NCBI GenBank assembly: GCA_964016885.1
Contig: OZ024740.1
Coordinates: 169,074,001-169,138,000, forward strand
DNA length: 64,000 bases
From: Eledone cirrhosa
Taxonomy: Eukaryota
Direction of reading: 5' to 3'
The notes below the pieces were generated by a model, which did no database searches, was not told where the DNA came from, and was given only the letters and a program-made list of their open reading frames with translations. Made by a program: the position numbers and the translations under genes. Of the stretch, positions 12,721 through 23,939 are shown piece by piece; position 1 is the first letter of the stretch, and the number at the start of each line of letters is the position of its first letter.

Positions 12721-15700
12721 TATATCGACTCGTGTGTTACCTTTCTACATTCGATATATATATTATGTATATATATATATATTTATATATATTTATTCAT
12801 TATGTTAAAAAGTTGTAATTATTGAGTAAACATTATGAAAGCATTGACATTGCTGAAATCTGCCTGTTAAATGCTGTCAGCAATATTTCTAGACATTAGA
12901 CATATGACACATAGAGAGCCTCTAAATAAGACACTCCACCTATAAGAAATAGCAGTCAAATCTCTCTTAAATTACTGCCTTCAGTAGGTTGGCCAAAACA
13001 GTAGAGAATTACACATTGCTCTTTACAGTGTTTAGTCTTGTCCATCAATATACCAAGTTTGATTTTATACTCTGCCACTTGATTTTGACATTCCATTCTA
13101 CTGGAAGTTGTTGTTATTGTTGTTTAGCCCTTGGTTATGCTTAAGTGAGCAGAACTATGTTAAAAAAACCCATTCAACTCAAGACCAAGTTTAAAGTACT
13201 AATGGTTATATTATCTAATATAATTACTTTTATTAAGATGAGAGGAAGAGCATTCATCTGTAAGTATTCTGCCCAAACTGTGAGCAAGATGTGGATCCCA
13301 AGCCCATCTGGAAGGACTGTTTTGATCTGTAATGACCTATTCAACCCATGCTACCATGTAAGAGTGGATGTTAAATGATGTTGATTAGGATAGATAGTGA
13401 TGTGGGAGATTTGGCTGCTATCACTAATAAGCTGAGTGACCATGTAGAGGTTCCTGCATTGGCTTATCCACTGGAAGTTAATGCAATAAATATCCATAAT
13501 ACAGTGGATGCAGACATTGTTGAATGATTAAGAAGTTTGCTTCTCAATTATGAGGACTTGGCTTTGATCTCACTGTCTTGAGTTTTGTGTGAGTGTCATT
13601 TATCATTGACCCAAGCATTGTGAGTGAAACTGGGTAAAAATAAACCGTTTGGAAGCTTTAGACTGAACTGTACCTGTAATTCAAAGAGCCTACCTTCCCA
13701 CACACTGAGTCATGCTGAATCTCCATGGCAATTATGTTAAGAGTGCATGCTTGTAATTCAAACGTTCTGCCTTTTCAGATATTGTGTCATACTAATTCTA
13801 CCTGAGAGTTATTTTATGAAAGATGTACACATGTATGTGGAATGCTAAACCATTTAAACATTAATTTATTGAGTAGGGTGTGCAGTTGATAAAGCAACTG
13901 AATGTTTATCATCAAAATCAACAGTGGATCCATCACTTCTCTCCTACAAAAATTCATCTTGTATCAAAGAAACAAATCAGAAATATTGCAAACAGAGGAA
14001 GCAATTCTTGATGTATTTTACAGTAATTTAAAAAAATGTAAATGCGCCAAGATTTGCACTTCTTTGTTTGCTTCAAGCATCAAGGCTGGTGAATTTATGA
14101 GGATAGCAACATAACATCAACCCTTTTGTTCTTATATTTCTAAAGAAAAATTTAATGATCTAAAGTCTGTCTTAAGCCAGAAGACTTGTAAGGCTTGTGC
14201 TTATCCCAGTTTCATGGCATGAAGTGACTAAGAGTACAAGACTCCCCCACTGGACAGTACACCAGTCCATCGCAAGGTTAAAAGCCCAGCTATTGCTGGT
14301 ATTCATTCTCAGCTGAGTATACTGGAGAAACCTGAAATGAAGTATTTTGCTCAAGAACAAAATATGCAACCCAGCCCATGAATCGAATCCACAATATTAT
14401 GATCATAAATCCAACACCCTTACCACTAGGCCTCCATAAAGAAAGATGCTGCCTATAATTTTCAAATAATTTTGAAAATAATCAAGTATTTTGAGGATGG
14501 TGGATAAGAAGAATTATGAGGGAGCTGAACAAAATGATGCACAGTATTTAGTTATGGCTCTTTATGTTTCTGAATCCAAATCTCGCTGAAGTCAACTCTC
14601 TGGGGTTGAAAGATTAAAGTACTAGTCAATCACTTGGGTCAATATAATTGACTTTCCCTTCCCCACCAAAATTGCTGGCATTTTATTTAAATTAAAACCC
14701 TTATCAAGGCACTGTTTGGAATATAAAGTAACAAAGGTTCTTACATAGAATTATGGTGGTAAGTGTTTTGATAAATATAAACACTTTAAAATAAACAGTT
14801 TTGTATCACAGTTTCATGTGGTTTTGTGTCAGGTGTTGGTGGTGATGATTGTGGTTGTGTGGCATTCAGTGGTGGTGATAACAACGATGAAGGTGACAAT
14901 GATGATGATGGTGATGATGATGCTGACAATGATGGTAATGATCATATTTAATTATGATGAGGGCAAAAATGACAATAGGATACTCGTTGCTACCATAGTT
15001 GTCACATGATTCTCATTTTGGATAACATACTCATCTTTTTTCACTTATCACTTCTTTTATCCAAACAACTTGTTACCTACTTTTCTTCTCTGACTGAAGT
15101 AAATTGCAATAAGGTTGAATTAAGTTTCTTGCCAGGGAAGGAACAAATATGCTTGATATCATGAAGCAGAGTCATAAATGGTAATAAGAGAGAAGATTGA
15201 ATATGGGCAAATGAAATGCCACATCTTGAAATACAGGCTGCATGAAACAGTGAATAGGTAAGGATGAACAATAGATGAGAGGGTAACAAAGAAGGAAAGA
15301 GTAAAGTATATCGAGGATTAACAGGTCAGAGTCAATTTTACTATGCTTGTATGAACAAATAAATCTTCTCCATCACTTTGTGTCACCTCACTTGCTGTAG
15401 TCTTTTGTCATTTCTTTTGTGAAGTTCAGCTTCTTGAAATCAGTTTTTGTCACTTCATTCCATATCTTCCTTGTTCTCTCTCTCCTCAGGTTTCATTCAA
15501 TTGGAGTACTCAACACTTCTTTACATAATTGACATCATTGGCATCATTGGCATCATATATTTGTACTAGTGAAATTTTCTTTTCTTTACTATACCTGATT
15601 CCTCTTACATCCAGTTTTTCACTCATCTCATTTGTGCTTTGTCAGTCATGCACAAAAACATTCACATCTTGTAGAATATGTATGCTTTATTTCTTTCTTA

Positions 15701-16334
15701 TTTTTGCAAATCCTCGATATTTAATGCTTATACCTCACTACTGCATACCATTGCACTTCATACACTTCCATCATACACACTCCCCTTCACTCTGAGGGAG
15801 ACACCCTTTGTTATCAGCAGATGAAATAGCTCTCTGAATTTTCTTCATCCTGTTATAGCTCTAGCTATGTAACTTTCAGAAAAGCTACTTCCACTGCTAT
15901 CTAGATCACCTAAATACCAAAGCTATCAATAACTTCTATCAACTGTTCTAACTCTTTGTGTTGTGAATTCAGCTGGATAGTGAGACTTTGGTCAACTCGA
16001 ATAGTAAACTTAATCTATCACCTTGCTTTGGGGATTTTACCATAGAGTCCACTCTGTTACAAGCTTCTAATCCAAGTCTGAGGATTACTTCCTCTTTTCT
16101 TCTTGAAACTCTCAGATGAAAGGTTTTGGATTTGCTGTTCCTTCTGTGACTAAGCCATGAAAATAAATAAATGAATATATGTAGCAGCATTATTTCGTAT
16201 CTCACAACAACAATTTTTCATGCGCGATTTGGTTACTGGTTGACCAATCATGTATGTCACGCATGAATATACTGTTACTCCCATTCTAGAAAACGGGGTT
16301 GAGCAGAGAGAGTTTCTGACTGCCAACAGAAGAA

Positions 16335-16445
16335 GATGTACTGAATATTTTCTAAAATGTACTGAATATTTCCTACGATGAACTGCATATTTCCTACGAA
16401 GATGTACTGAATATTTCCGACAAAGATGTGTTGAATATTTCCTGC
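16335..16445. repeat. About 21-24-bp minisatellite (gatgtactgaatatttcctac)
   Basis: Five imperfect tandem copies visible. Confidence 0.75.
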
Positions 16446-17412
16446 ATTGTTCCAGGAAGTTTTTCTAGCCCTGGCTAATTTATCAAATGAATGGCTAGTT
16501 ACTGATTTTAATCCTCATGTGTGCTCATACATTTAGTCTACAGGACAATAAAATGTTTATATAATGTTACTGAGTGTTGAAGGCATAATTATTTGTATAT
16601 TGGTATCAGAAGGCCGTTTGTTGCATGCATTAAGGAGGAATCATCATGACAGTCAAAATGTATGATAACTCTGGACAAAGGTATTTCTTAGATGCCTTAT
16701 TTTACAATGATTAGATTGTATTCATATATGTAATATAAAAAGTATCGTTAAATGTCTCAACTTTTTCAACTCATCCAAAATAACTGGAAAGTATAAATAT
16801 GCATTCCTCACTCCTTTCATTATATATATGCCAAAGTGGCAAAACAACAAAAACCACCCATCCCACACTGTAAAGTGGTCATGTAGGTGTCACGGCAAAA
16901 AGTACCCAGTGCACACTATAAAGTGGTTGTGTAGGTGTCACGGCAAAAAACACCCAGTCCACACTGTAAAGGAGTCGAGTAGGCATCATCACAAAAAGTA
17001 CCCAGCACTCTCACTGAAAGAAGGAAGAGCATCCAGCTGTAGAAACCAAGCCAAAATTTGGTTCTGCATGAGCAAGACATGGTCACCTGATCTGGCATTA
17101 CTCATAATAGGATAACTCATCTAACCCATGCCAGTGTGGGAAAATGGATGTTAAATGGTGATGATGATGATGCCATGTCATTTTCTTCTTTTTTCTTATG
17201 ATAATAAAATTGTAAATACATGTACAACTGTAAATAAATAGCTAAAGCAACAATTACACTTTGATCATTTGTATCATCTATTAATGTCAATGAAGTTGCA
17301 TATAATTGGTAATTACAAATGATTTTAACATGGACTTTATTTCAAGGTAAAGGGGTTATGCAAGCATGAAAAAGTGAATGTAAAAACAATGACGATATAT
17401 ATAGATATATGA

Positions 17413-17760
17413 TGGAGGCACATGGCTTAGTGGTTAGAGCATTGGCCTTGCAATCGAAAGGTTGTGAGTTCAATTCTCAGACTGGGTGATGTGTTGTTTC
17501 CTTGAGCAAGACACTTCATTTCACATTGCTCCAGTTTACTCAACTGTAGAAATGAGATGATAGGGACTGAGGTCCTTATCATTCCACTGCAAAGTGGTCG
17601 TGGAGGTGCCACGGCAAAAAAGCACCCAGCACTCACTGTAAATGAGGTTGGTGTTAGGAAGGGCATCCAGCTGTAGAAATCAAGCCAAAATCAGTTCCCA
17701 TCCCACCCTTGCAAGCAGGTAAAAAGCAGACGTAAAATGAAATGAAATGGATGAAATGAT
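17413..17760 (+). mobile_element. CORE-type tRNA-SINE, full length
   Basis: A box TGGCTTAGTGG, B box GTTCAATTC, CORE-like ccttgagcaagacactt...ctgtagaaatgag, RTE-type tail. Confidence 0.88.
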
Positions 17761-18059
17761 ATATACATGTGGTGGGTTCATGATTGTAATGTCATGGATT
17801 CAATTCTTGAACTGGGTAGCATATTGTATTTTTCAATAAAACATTTAATTTCCTTTTACTTCAGTCAACTCAGCTGGAAATGTATATCAGCAACAGCTGG
17901 GGGTTATGCTTGTTATCAGAAGGTATCTCAATTGGGAAGAGACTTGTATTCCTAGTTGCTTAACATCAATGAAACTAGAATAAGCACTAGTCAGATGAGT
18001 CTCCTGGCTTGGGATATACTTTAACCTCAAATGGGTATCTATCTATCTATCTATCTATC

Positions 18060-19770
18060 TACTATCATAGAGAGGGTGGGGTGTAATCCCGGCTTCAGTG
18101 GGGCTCTGATAAATTTAGATCAGTCTAAGGCATTTGATAGGGTCGACTATCGATACTTGGAAGTGGTTCTCAAGGCGACCAGTTTCGGACCCGTCTTCAG
18201 AGGCTGGATCAAAGCAATGCACACCAACATCTGCTCAATGGTCAAGGTGAACGGCTACCTATCGGAGCCGTTCAATATCACGCGTTCCGTTCAACAGGGA
18301 TGCCCCCCCTCTTCCATTCTGTACGTACTAACTCTAGAGCCACTACTGCGGAAGTTGGAGCTTCTGCAGGGCATCCCGTTGGAACTGGGACTGCGGAAAG
18401 CGGCATCGGCTTATTCCGACGATGTGACAGTAATGGTGTCAGAAACCTCGGAAATTGGGGCAATCAGCAACTTACTGCAGGAATATGAAAGGCTCACGGG
18501 AGCAAAACTGAACCCGGACAAGTCCGTTGGTTTGCAACTTGGAACGTGGAGAGGCAAAGCGATGCCATCCGACAGCGTAGTCAGACACTGGACAGAAGGA
18601 CTGGGGAAATTGCTCGGGGTCTGGTTCGGTCCAAACCTCCAGGTGGAGAAAAACTGGAACGAGGTCACAGCCAAGGTATTTGCGCTCACCCAGAAGTGGG
18701 CAGAATACAAACTATCCTTGAAAGCTTGAGCGGAGGTAGCGAACACTTTCATAGTGTCCATCATCTACTACCGCTTGACCGTCGTGCCTTGTCCCTGTGA
18801 ACACCTCAGAAGATAGAACGCATGCTCTTCCAGTTCCTTTGGCAGAAGAAGGCTCCAATGGTGAGGAGATCCGTCTGCTGTCAGCACCCTTCCAACGGAG
18901 GGCTGGGAATGCCGTGGCTGATGATGCACAAACATGAGCTGAGGCTACGGCATCTCCAGGTATTCCTCACCGACCAACCGGTGTGGGCACCGTTTGTGAG
19001 ACAGGCCTTCCTGCAACTTGTCTTGCTGACGGAGCTGCAGTCCTGGGTCAAACGGAGACCGAAGAAGATGGGCGCCTGGCACATTGAACGTGCTCAGGTG
19101 CTCACAGTCCTCTGTCAAGCGGACACAGCAATCAGTGGAAACTCCACTTGACATTCTATAGAGGGTTAGTACGTCACAAGGGCAACGACGTGCTCAGAGA
19201 GACTCTGGGCGTCGAAGACGACGAACTCACCAGTCTGTTTGGTAGGACTTTCCGCCCGGGACCTATGGACAACTTCCAGAGATCCCTAGCCTGGCAGTGC
19301 TACCGAGGAACTTTACCAGTTCAAGACAAGATCTACAGGCACGGACATGTCCAAGATGCGAGCAGGACATTGAAACCATCTTGCACGCAATTGTACACTG
19401 CCCAGGCGTAACTGACCTGTGGAACTATGCAGAACAACTGCTGTCATGTATGGGACAAATCCAGTTGACTGCCGAGTCCATAGTAAGGATCAAACCGCCA
19501 ACTTCTTTCAAAAACGAAAGAGAGACGGTTTTCCTCTGTATAGTGGCTATGGTGAAAGAGGTTATATGGTGGATGAGATTGAGAGGACTGAGGACAGATG
19601 CCTTTCTCTCCGGACAACAACTCATTACCTTCTTTAGGTACTGCTTTAGAAGGAGAATCAGAGTGGAGAGAGAGGCACTGCACCCCAGTAAATTTACTGA
19701 AAGGTGGGTGAATCTAGCAAAAATGGCTCGAGTGATTGAGCCCTTCTCTGTATATAAACCTGTAGGTTGA
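18060..19770 (+). mobile_element. L1/Tx1-clade LINE ORF2 fragment (RT and C-terminal cysteine motif)
   Basis: INLDQSKAFDRVD, VQQGCPPS, AYSDD, GGLGMP, CPRCEQDIETILHAIVHC; interrupted by stops and frameshifts; higher GC than the flanks. Confidence 0.9.
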
Positions 19771-20179
19771 AGAAGAGAGCAAAAGGGAGAAACTTTTTGT
19801 AGTCAACAGTGGGAGTAGCTTTCTGAACATTTTCCATCCTATCCTTATTAGAGCTCTTATGCTCTCAGAGCACCCTCCTCCATTACTAATTGTATATATA
19901 ATCATCATCATCATTAACATCCATTTTTCCATGCTTGAATAGGATAGATGGTTTGTCAAGTTATAAGACAAGTCAGGTCTGGCGACCAACAGATCTATAA
20001 GAGAATGTAGTGGTAAACAGTTAAAACATAAAATGTTAAAACAAAGTAAACAAATAGTGAATAAACATTGTAAGAAAAAAAGACATGTTTGTTGACAAAA
20101 TATTTCTACAAATACAGGGACAATATGTGTACAGTAGAAATATTTAGGTTGAATTGAAGGTGAAGAATATATATATATA

Positions 20180-21426
20180 TGTCCCAAATGCAAAGTATGG
20201 GTGCATAAAAGATGTAGTGGGATCACAGGTAAGCTAACTAAGAACATAGATTTTACATGTGGCCGGTGCTCTGGTGCAATAAGTAGCAGCAAGTGCCCAC
20301 TAAATACTAGCTCCTTCAACTGCGCAGAGGGTTCTATAGAAATAGTGGACAGCTTCCGTTACCTGGGCGATAAAATCAGCAGTGGGGGAGGGTGCTCTGA
20401 AAGTACAGTAGCTAGAGTCAGAACTGGGTGGAAAAAGTTCAGAGAGCTTATACCACTATTAGCCGCTAAAGGGTTCTCCCTAAAAATGAAAGGCAGGTTA
20501 TACGATGCCTGCATACGAACAGCAATGCTGCATGGCAGTGAGACCTGGGCATTGTGTGCAGAGGATATACGCAGACTAGAGAGGAACGAAGCTTGCATGC
20601 TCCGCTGAATGTGCAATAGTAATATACGTGAACGGCAAAGCATAAACGAACTAAGGAAAAAATTAGAAATAAGAGGGATCAGATGTTGTTTACTCGAGAG
20701 AAGGCTACGTTGGTACGGTCACGTGATGCGCATGAAAGACGACAGCTGTATAACAAAGTGCAGGGCAATAAAGATAGACGGTAGCCACGGAGTAGGCAGA
20801 CCCAGAAAAACATGGGACGAGCTGATAAATTCCGACCTCACACGCTTACACCTCTCCAAGACAATGTCACTGGACCGAGACCTTTGGCGGTACTCAGTAA
20901 TAGAGAAGACCCGCCTTACCTAAATACAAAGTAAAAACCTACTACAGTCAGTAGGCATCTCTATCAAAACACACCCCCGTCCCACCACCTCCACCCCATC
21001 CACACCGCCCCTTTCAATGTAAAGTTATGTTGGTCCCACAACATCCAGGCCGAAACAAATGAGATCGTGTAGGTGTCACGACAAAAAAACACACAGTCCA
21101 CGCTGTAAATGTGGCCGTGTAGGCAACACGGTAAAAACCTCCCAGCCCCCACACTGTAAATGTGGTTGGTGTTAGGAAGGGCATCCAGCTGTAGAAAACC
21201 CGCCAGACAGTCCACGCTGTAATGTGGCCGTGTAGGCAACACGGTAAAAACCTCCCAGCCCCACACTGTAAATGTGGTTGGTGTTAGGAAGGGCATCCAA
21301 CTGTAGAAAACCCGCCAGACAGTCCTATGCAAGCAAGACAACCACTCTTGCCTCAAGTGGGAAAACCCCCCGTCCAAACCCATGCAAGCGTGGAACACGG
21401 ACGCTAAACCTGATGATGATGATGAT
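20180..21426 (+). mobile_element. RTE-clade LINE 3' portion with 3' UTR
   Basis: FRYLGD, GWKKFREL, MLHGSETW, RRLRWYGHVMRM, GRPRKTW; tail ends in (GAT)n. Confidence 0.88.
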
Positions 21427-21448
21427 ATAATTATTAGAGAAATAAGAA

Positions 21449-21640
21449 ATACGAGGTGGTATAAAAAGTTCCAGGACTAGTTATGTTTAAAAAAAACTAA
21501 TATATTTAAATAAGTTTTAACATCATCTTCAAAATAGTCACCTTGTGCAGCAATTCACCAGTCTCAGCATTCCTGCCACATTTGAAATCCAGCCTGGAAC
21601 TATTTTCAGCTTGGAGAAGAGATGGAAGTTCCGCATGTGC
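21449..21640 (-). mobile_element. Mariner 3'-end fragment
   Basis: TIR TACGAGGTGGTATAAAAAGTTCC; minus strand reads ...AAQGDYFE, typical of a mariner C-terminus. Confidence 0.65.
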
Positions 21641-22165
21641 TAAATCTGCATTGCATGTCTAAAATTACCTTATCTAATGTGCCTGTTATATATATATATT
21701 TATATGTATGATCATATATATTTATATATATGATCATATATATAAATTATATATGGAAATGTTCCAAAAGATTTGGAGCAGCTCAAGTTATAGAAGTTCG
21801 CTCCCTTGCTTGCTTCTCATAACCTGAATATCCTAAAAGATAGTATCATTTCAAAAATTGTGAGGATAATCTCAATTTATTGAAGATTTTTCCCACACAG
21901 CATATTCAGACAGTGAGGCTCTCTCTCTTTCTCTCTCCCTCTGAACACTAGTCCTTCATAAGAAGATAGCATAAGAGAGAGAAGAAAGGAGGGTTGTGAA
22001 AGAGAAGAAAAAAGGAAGATAAATGAGAGTAAAAAGAAAAAAACTATGAAAAGAGCAGCTAGGAGAGGAAACACATGTTGTTGATACAAGTTTCACCAAA
22101 GGGCTGATCCCAACTGGGATTTGAGATGGAGTTTGGAAGCTCTTAAATAGGGTTTGATTGTTATG

Positions 22166-22440
22166 GACCGGCAATTGCTCTGTATAATCAGTTCCTGATT
22201 ATTACTGGAATTCTATAAGAATCCAGCCTCTATAATTTTCGGCAGAGGTCGGCGAGTACGTTGCTCTGAGGAATACCAACAGTGTGAAACAGATCTGTCA
22301 GCTTCTCTCCCTTCCTTTGCTGAAAAAAGAAGTAAGTGACATCGTCACTACTTTAAAATAATAGCGCAAGGTCTTCAAAATGTTTTTAATTAAACATACA
22401 GTATATTACCAAATATACTATGCATACATATATATATATC
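22166..22440 (+). mobile_element. Hammerhead-bearing repeat family A, single partial unit in the opposite orientation
   Basis: Reverse complement of 42445-42722 (gaccggcaattgctctgtataatcagttcc...gtcactactttaaaataatagcgcaaggtcttcaaaatg). Confidence 0.7.
22263..22302 (+). ncRNA. Minimal type I hammerhead ribozyme (repeat family A)
   Basis: GCU-CUGAGGA-AUAC caaca GUGU-GAAA-CAGAUCUG-UC-AGC; core intact, palindromic stem III, short 3-bp stem I. Confidence 0.75.
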
Positions 22441-22720
22441 ATTCATTTCATTTCATTTTTCATTTCATTTTACGTCCACTTTTCCCTGCTTGCAAGGGTG
22501 GGACGGGAACTGATTTTGGCTTGATTTCTACAGCTGGATGCCCTTCCTAACACCAACCTCATTTACAGTGTGTGCTGGGTGCTTTTTTGCCGTGGCACCT
22601 CCACGACTACTTTGCAGTGGAATGATATGGACCCCAGTCCCTATCATCTCATTTCTACAGTTGAGTAAACTGGAGTAATGTGAAATAAAGTGTCTTGCTC
22701 AAGGAAACAACACATCACCC

Positions 22721-22722
<2 letters not shown>
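22441..22722 (-). mobile_element. CORE-type SINE, 5'-truncated
   Basis: Reverse complement of 28596-28875. Confidence 0.85.
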
Positions 22723-22759
<37 letters not shown>

Positions 22760-23022
22760 GGAAAAAATGAAACGATATTTCATTTCCCACTCTTAGTACG
22801 GCTGTTACTTAAATATAAGTATGTACACGTACATACACATATGTATACCGACGTACAGTAGTATGTATATATATATATACATACATGCACACATATATAT
22901 ATGCACGTATGGATTCACCGAACATTTATTATAATGCTCGGTGTGTTTGTAAACAAACATCCCGTATTAAGCCGTAGTGTCTAGCAACCACCGTTGCTCG
23001 TTTGTTCAACACTGACAAAGGA

Positions 23023-23065
23023 ACGCTGTACTAGTTTCAAGCTTGTTAGCTATCGTCAACAACGT
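23023..23065 (-). ncRNA. Minimal hammerhead ribozyme (family B, unit 1)
   Basis: Minus strand reads ACGUUG-UUGACGA-u AGCU aaca AGCU u-GAAA-CUAG-UA-CAGCGU; C3 changed to U, stems intact, GUA triplet. Confidence 0.7.
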
Positions 23066-23423
23066 ATACCTTCCTGCCAGATTGTTGAACGTATATACTT
23101 ACCTTATGCATATTAACGGCTGAGTAGCCCAATTTGCATATCGAGTGGGTTAATCGGTCGGATGCACCGAAAACGATATTTCATTTCCCACTCTTAGTAC
23201 GGCTGTTACTTAAATATAAGTATGTACACGTACATACACATATGTATACCGACGTACAGTAGTATGTATATATATATATACATACATGCACACATATATA
23301 TATGCACGTATGGATTCACCGAACATTTATTATAATGCTCGGTGTGTTTGTAAACAAACATCCCGTATTAAGCCGTAGTGTCTAGCAACCACCGTTGCTC
23401 GTTTGTTCAACACTGACAAAGGA

Positions 23424-23466
23424 ACGCTGTACTAGTTTCAAGCTTGTTAGGTATCGTCAGCAACAT
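23424..23466 (-). ncRNA. Minimal hammerhead ribozyme (family B, unit 2)
   Basis: Minus strand reads AUGUUG-CUGACGA-u ACCU aaca AGCU u-GAAA-CUAG-UA-CAGCGU; canonical core, one stem II mismatch. Confidence 0.72.
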
Positions 23467-23610
23467 ATACCTTCCTGCCAGATTGTTGAATGTATATACT
23501 TACCTTATGCATATTAACAGCTGAGTAGCACAATTTGCATATCGAGTGGGTTAATCGGCCGGGTGCACCGAAAACGATAAACGGAAAAAATGAAACGATA
23601 TTTCATTTCC

Positions 23611-23647
<37 letters not shown>

Positions 23648-23939
23648 GAACAAGACAATCACTCTTGCCTCAAGTGGGAAAACCCCCGTCCAAACCCATG
23701 CAAGCGTGGAACACGGACGTTAAACGTTGATGATGATGATGATATATATATATATATATATATATAGCAAGTTAATGGCATAGCCACACATATCTCCATC
23801 TCTTTTACTTTTAACTTTTGAAAATTGTGAAACTTGTGAAACTGGTAAAGTTATAAATTATTGTGAATAAACCTTCTTAAGGACTCCAATTGCATTTTCC
23901 ACTTCTTTTTCCTATATATTTATTATTGTTATTATTATT

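Larger units (their letters stand above)
22755..23614 (-). mobile_element. Hammerhead-bearing tandem repeat family B (about a 2.1-mer of a 401/422-bp unit); retrozyme/Penelope-like
   Basis: Near-identical units restart at aaacgatatttcatttcccact (22770, 23171, 23593); one hammerhead per full unit; (TA)n on both sides; no ORF. Confidence 0.75.

Noticed and set aside
15969-16205. 78-aa minus-strand ORF near a CCAAT/CpG patch
   Set aside because: No homology recognised and no consistent splice structure.
23095-23105. ATACTTACCT resembling the U1 snRNA 5' end
   Set aside because: Downstream sequence does not match U1; it is the complement of a minus-strand splice donor motif.
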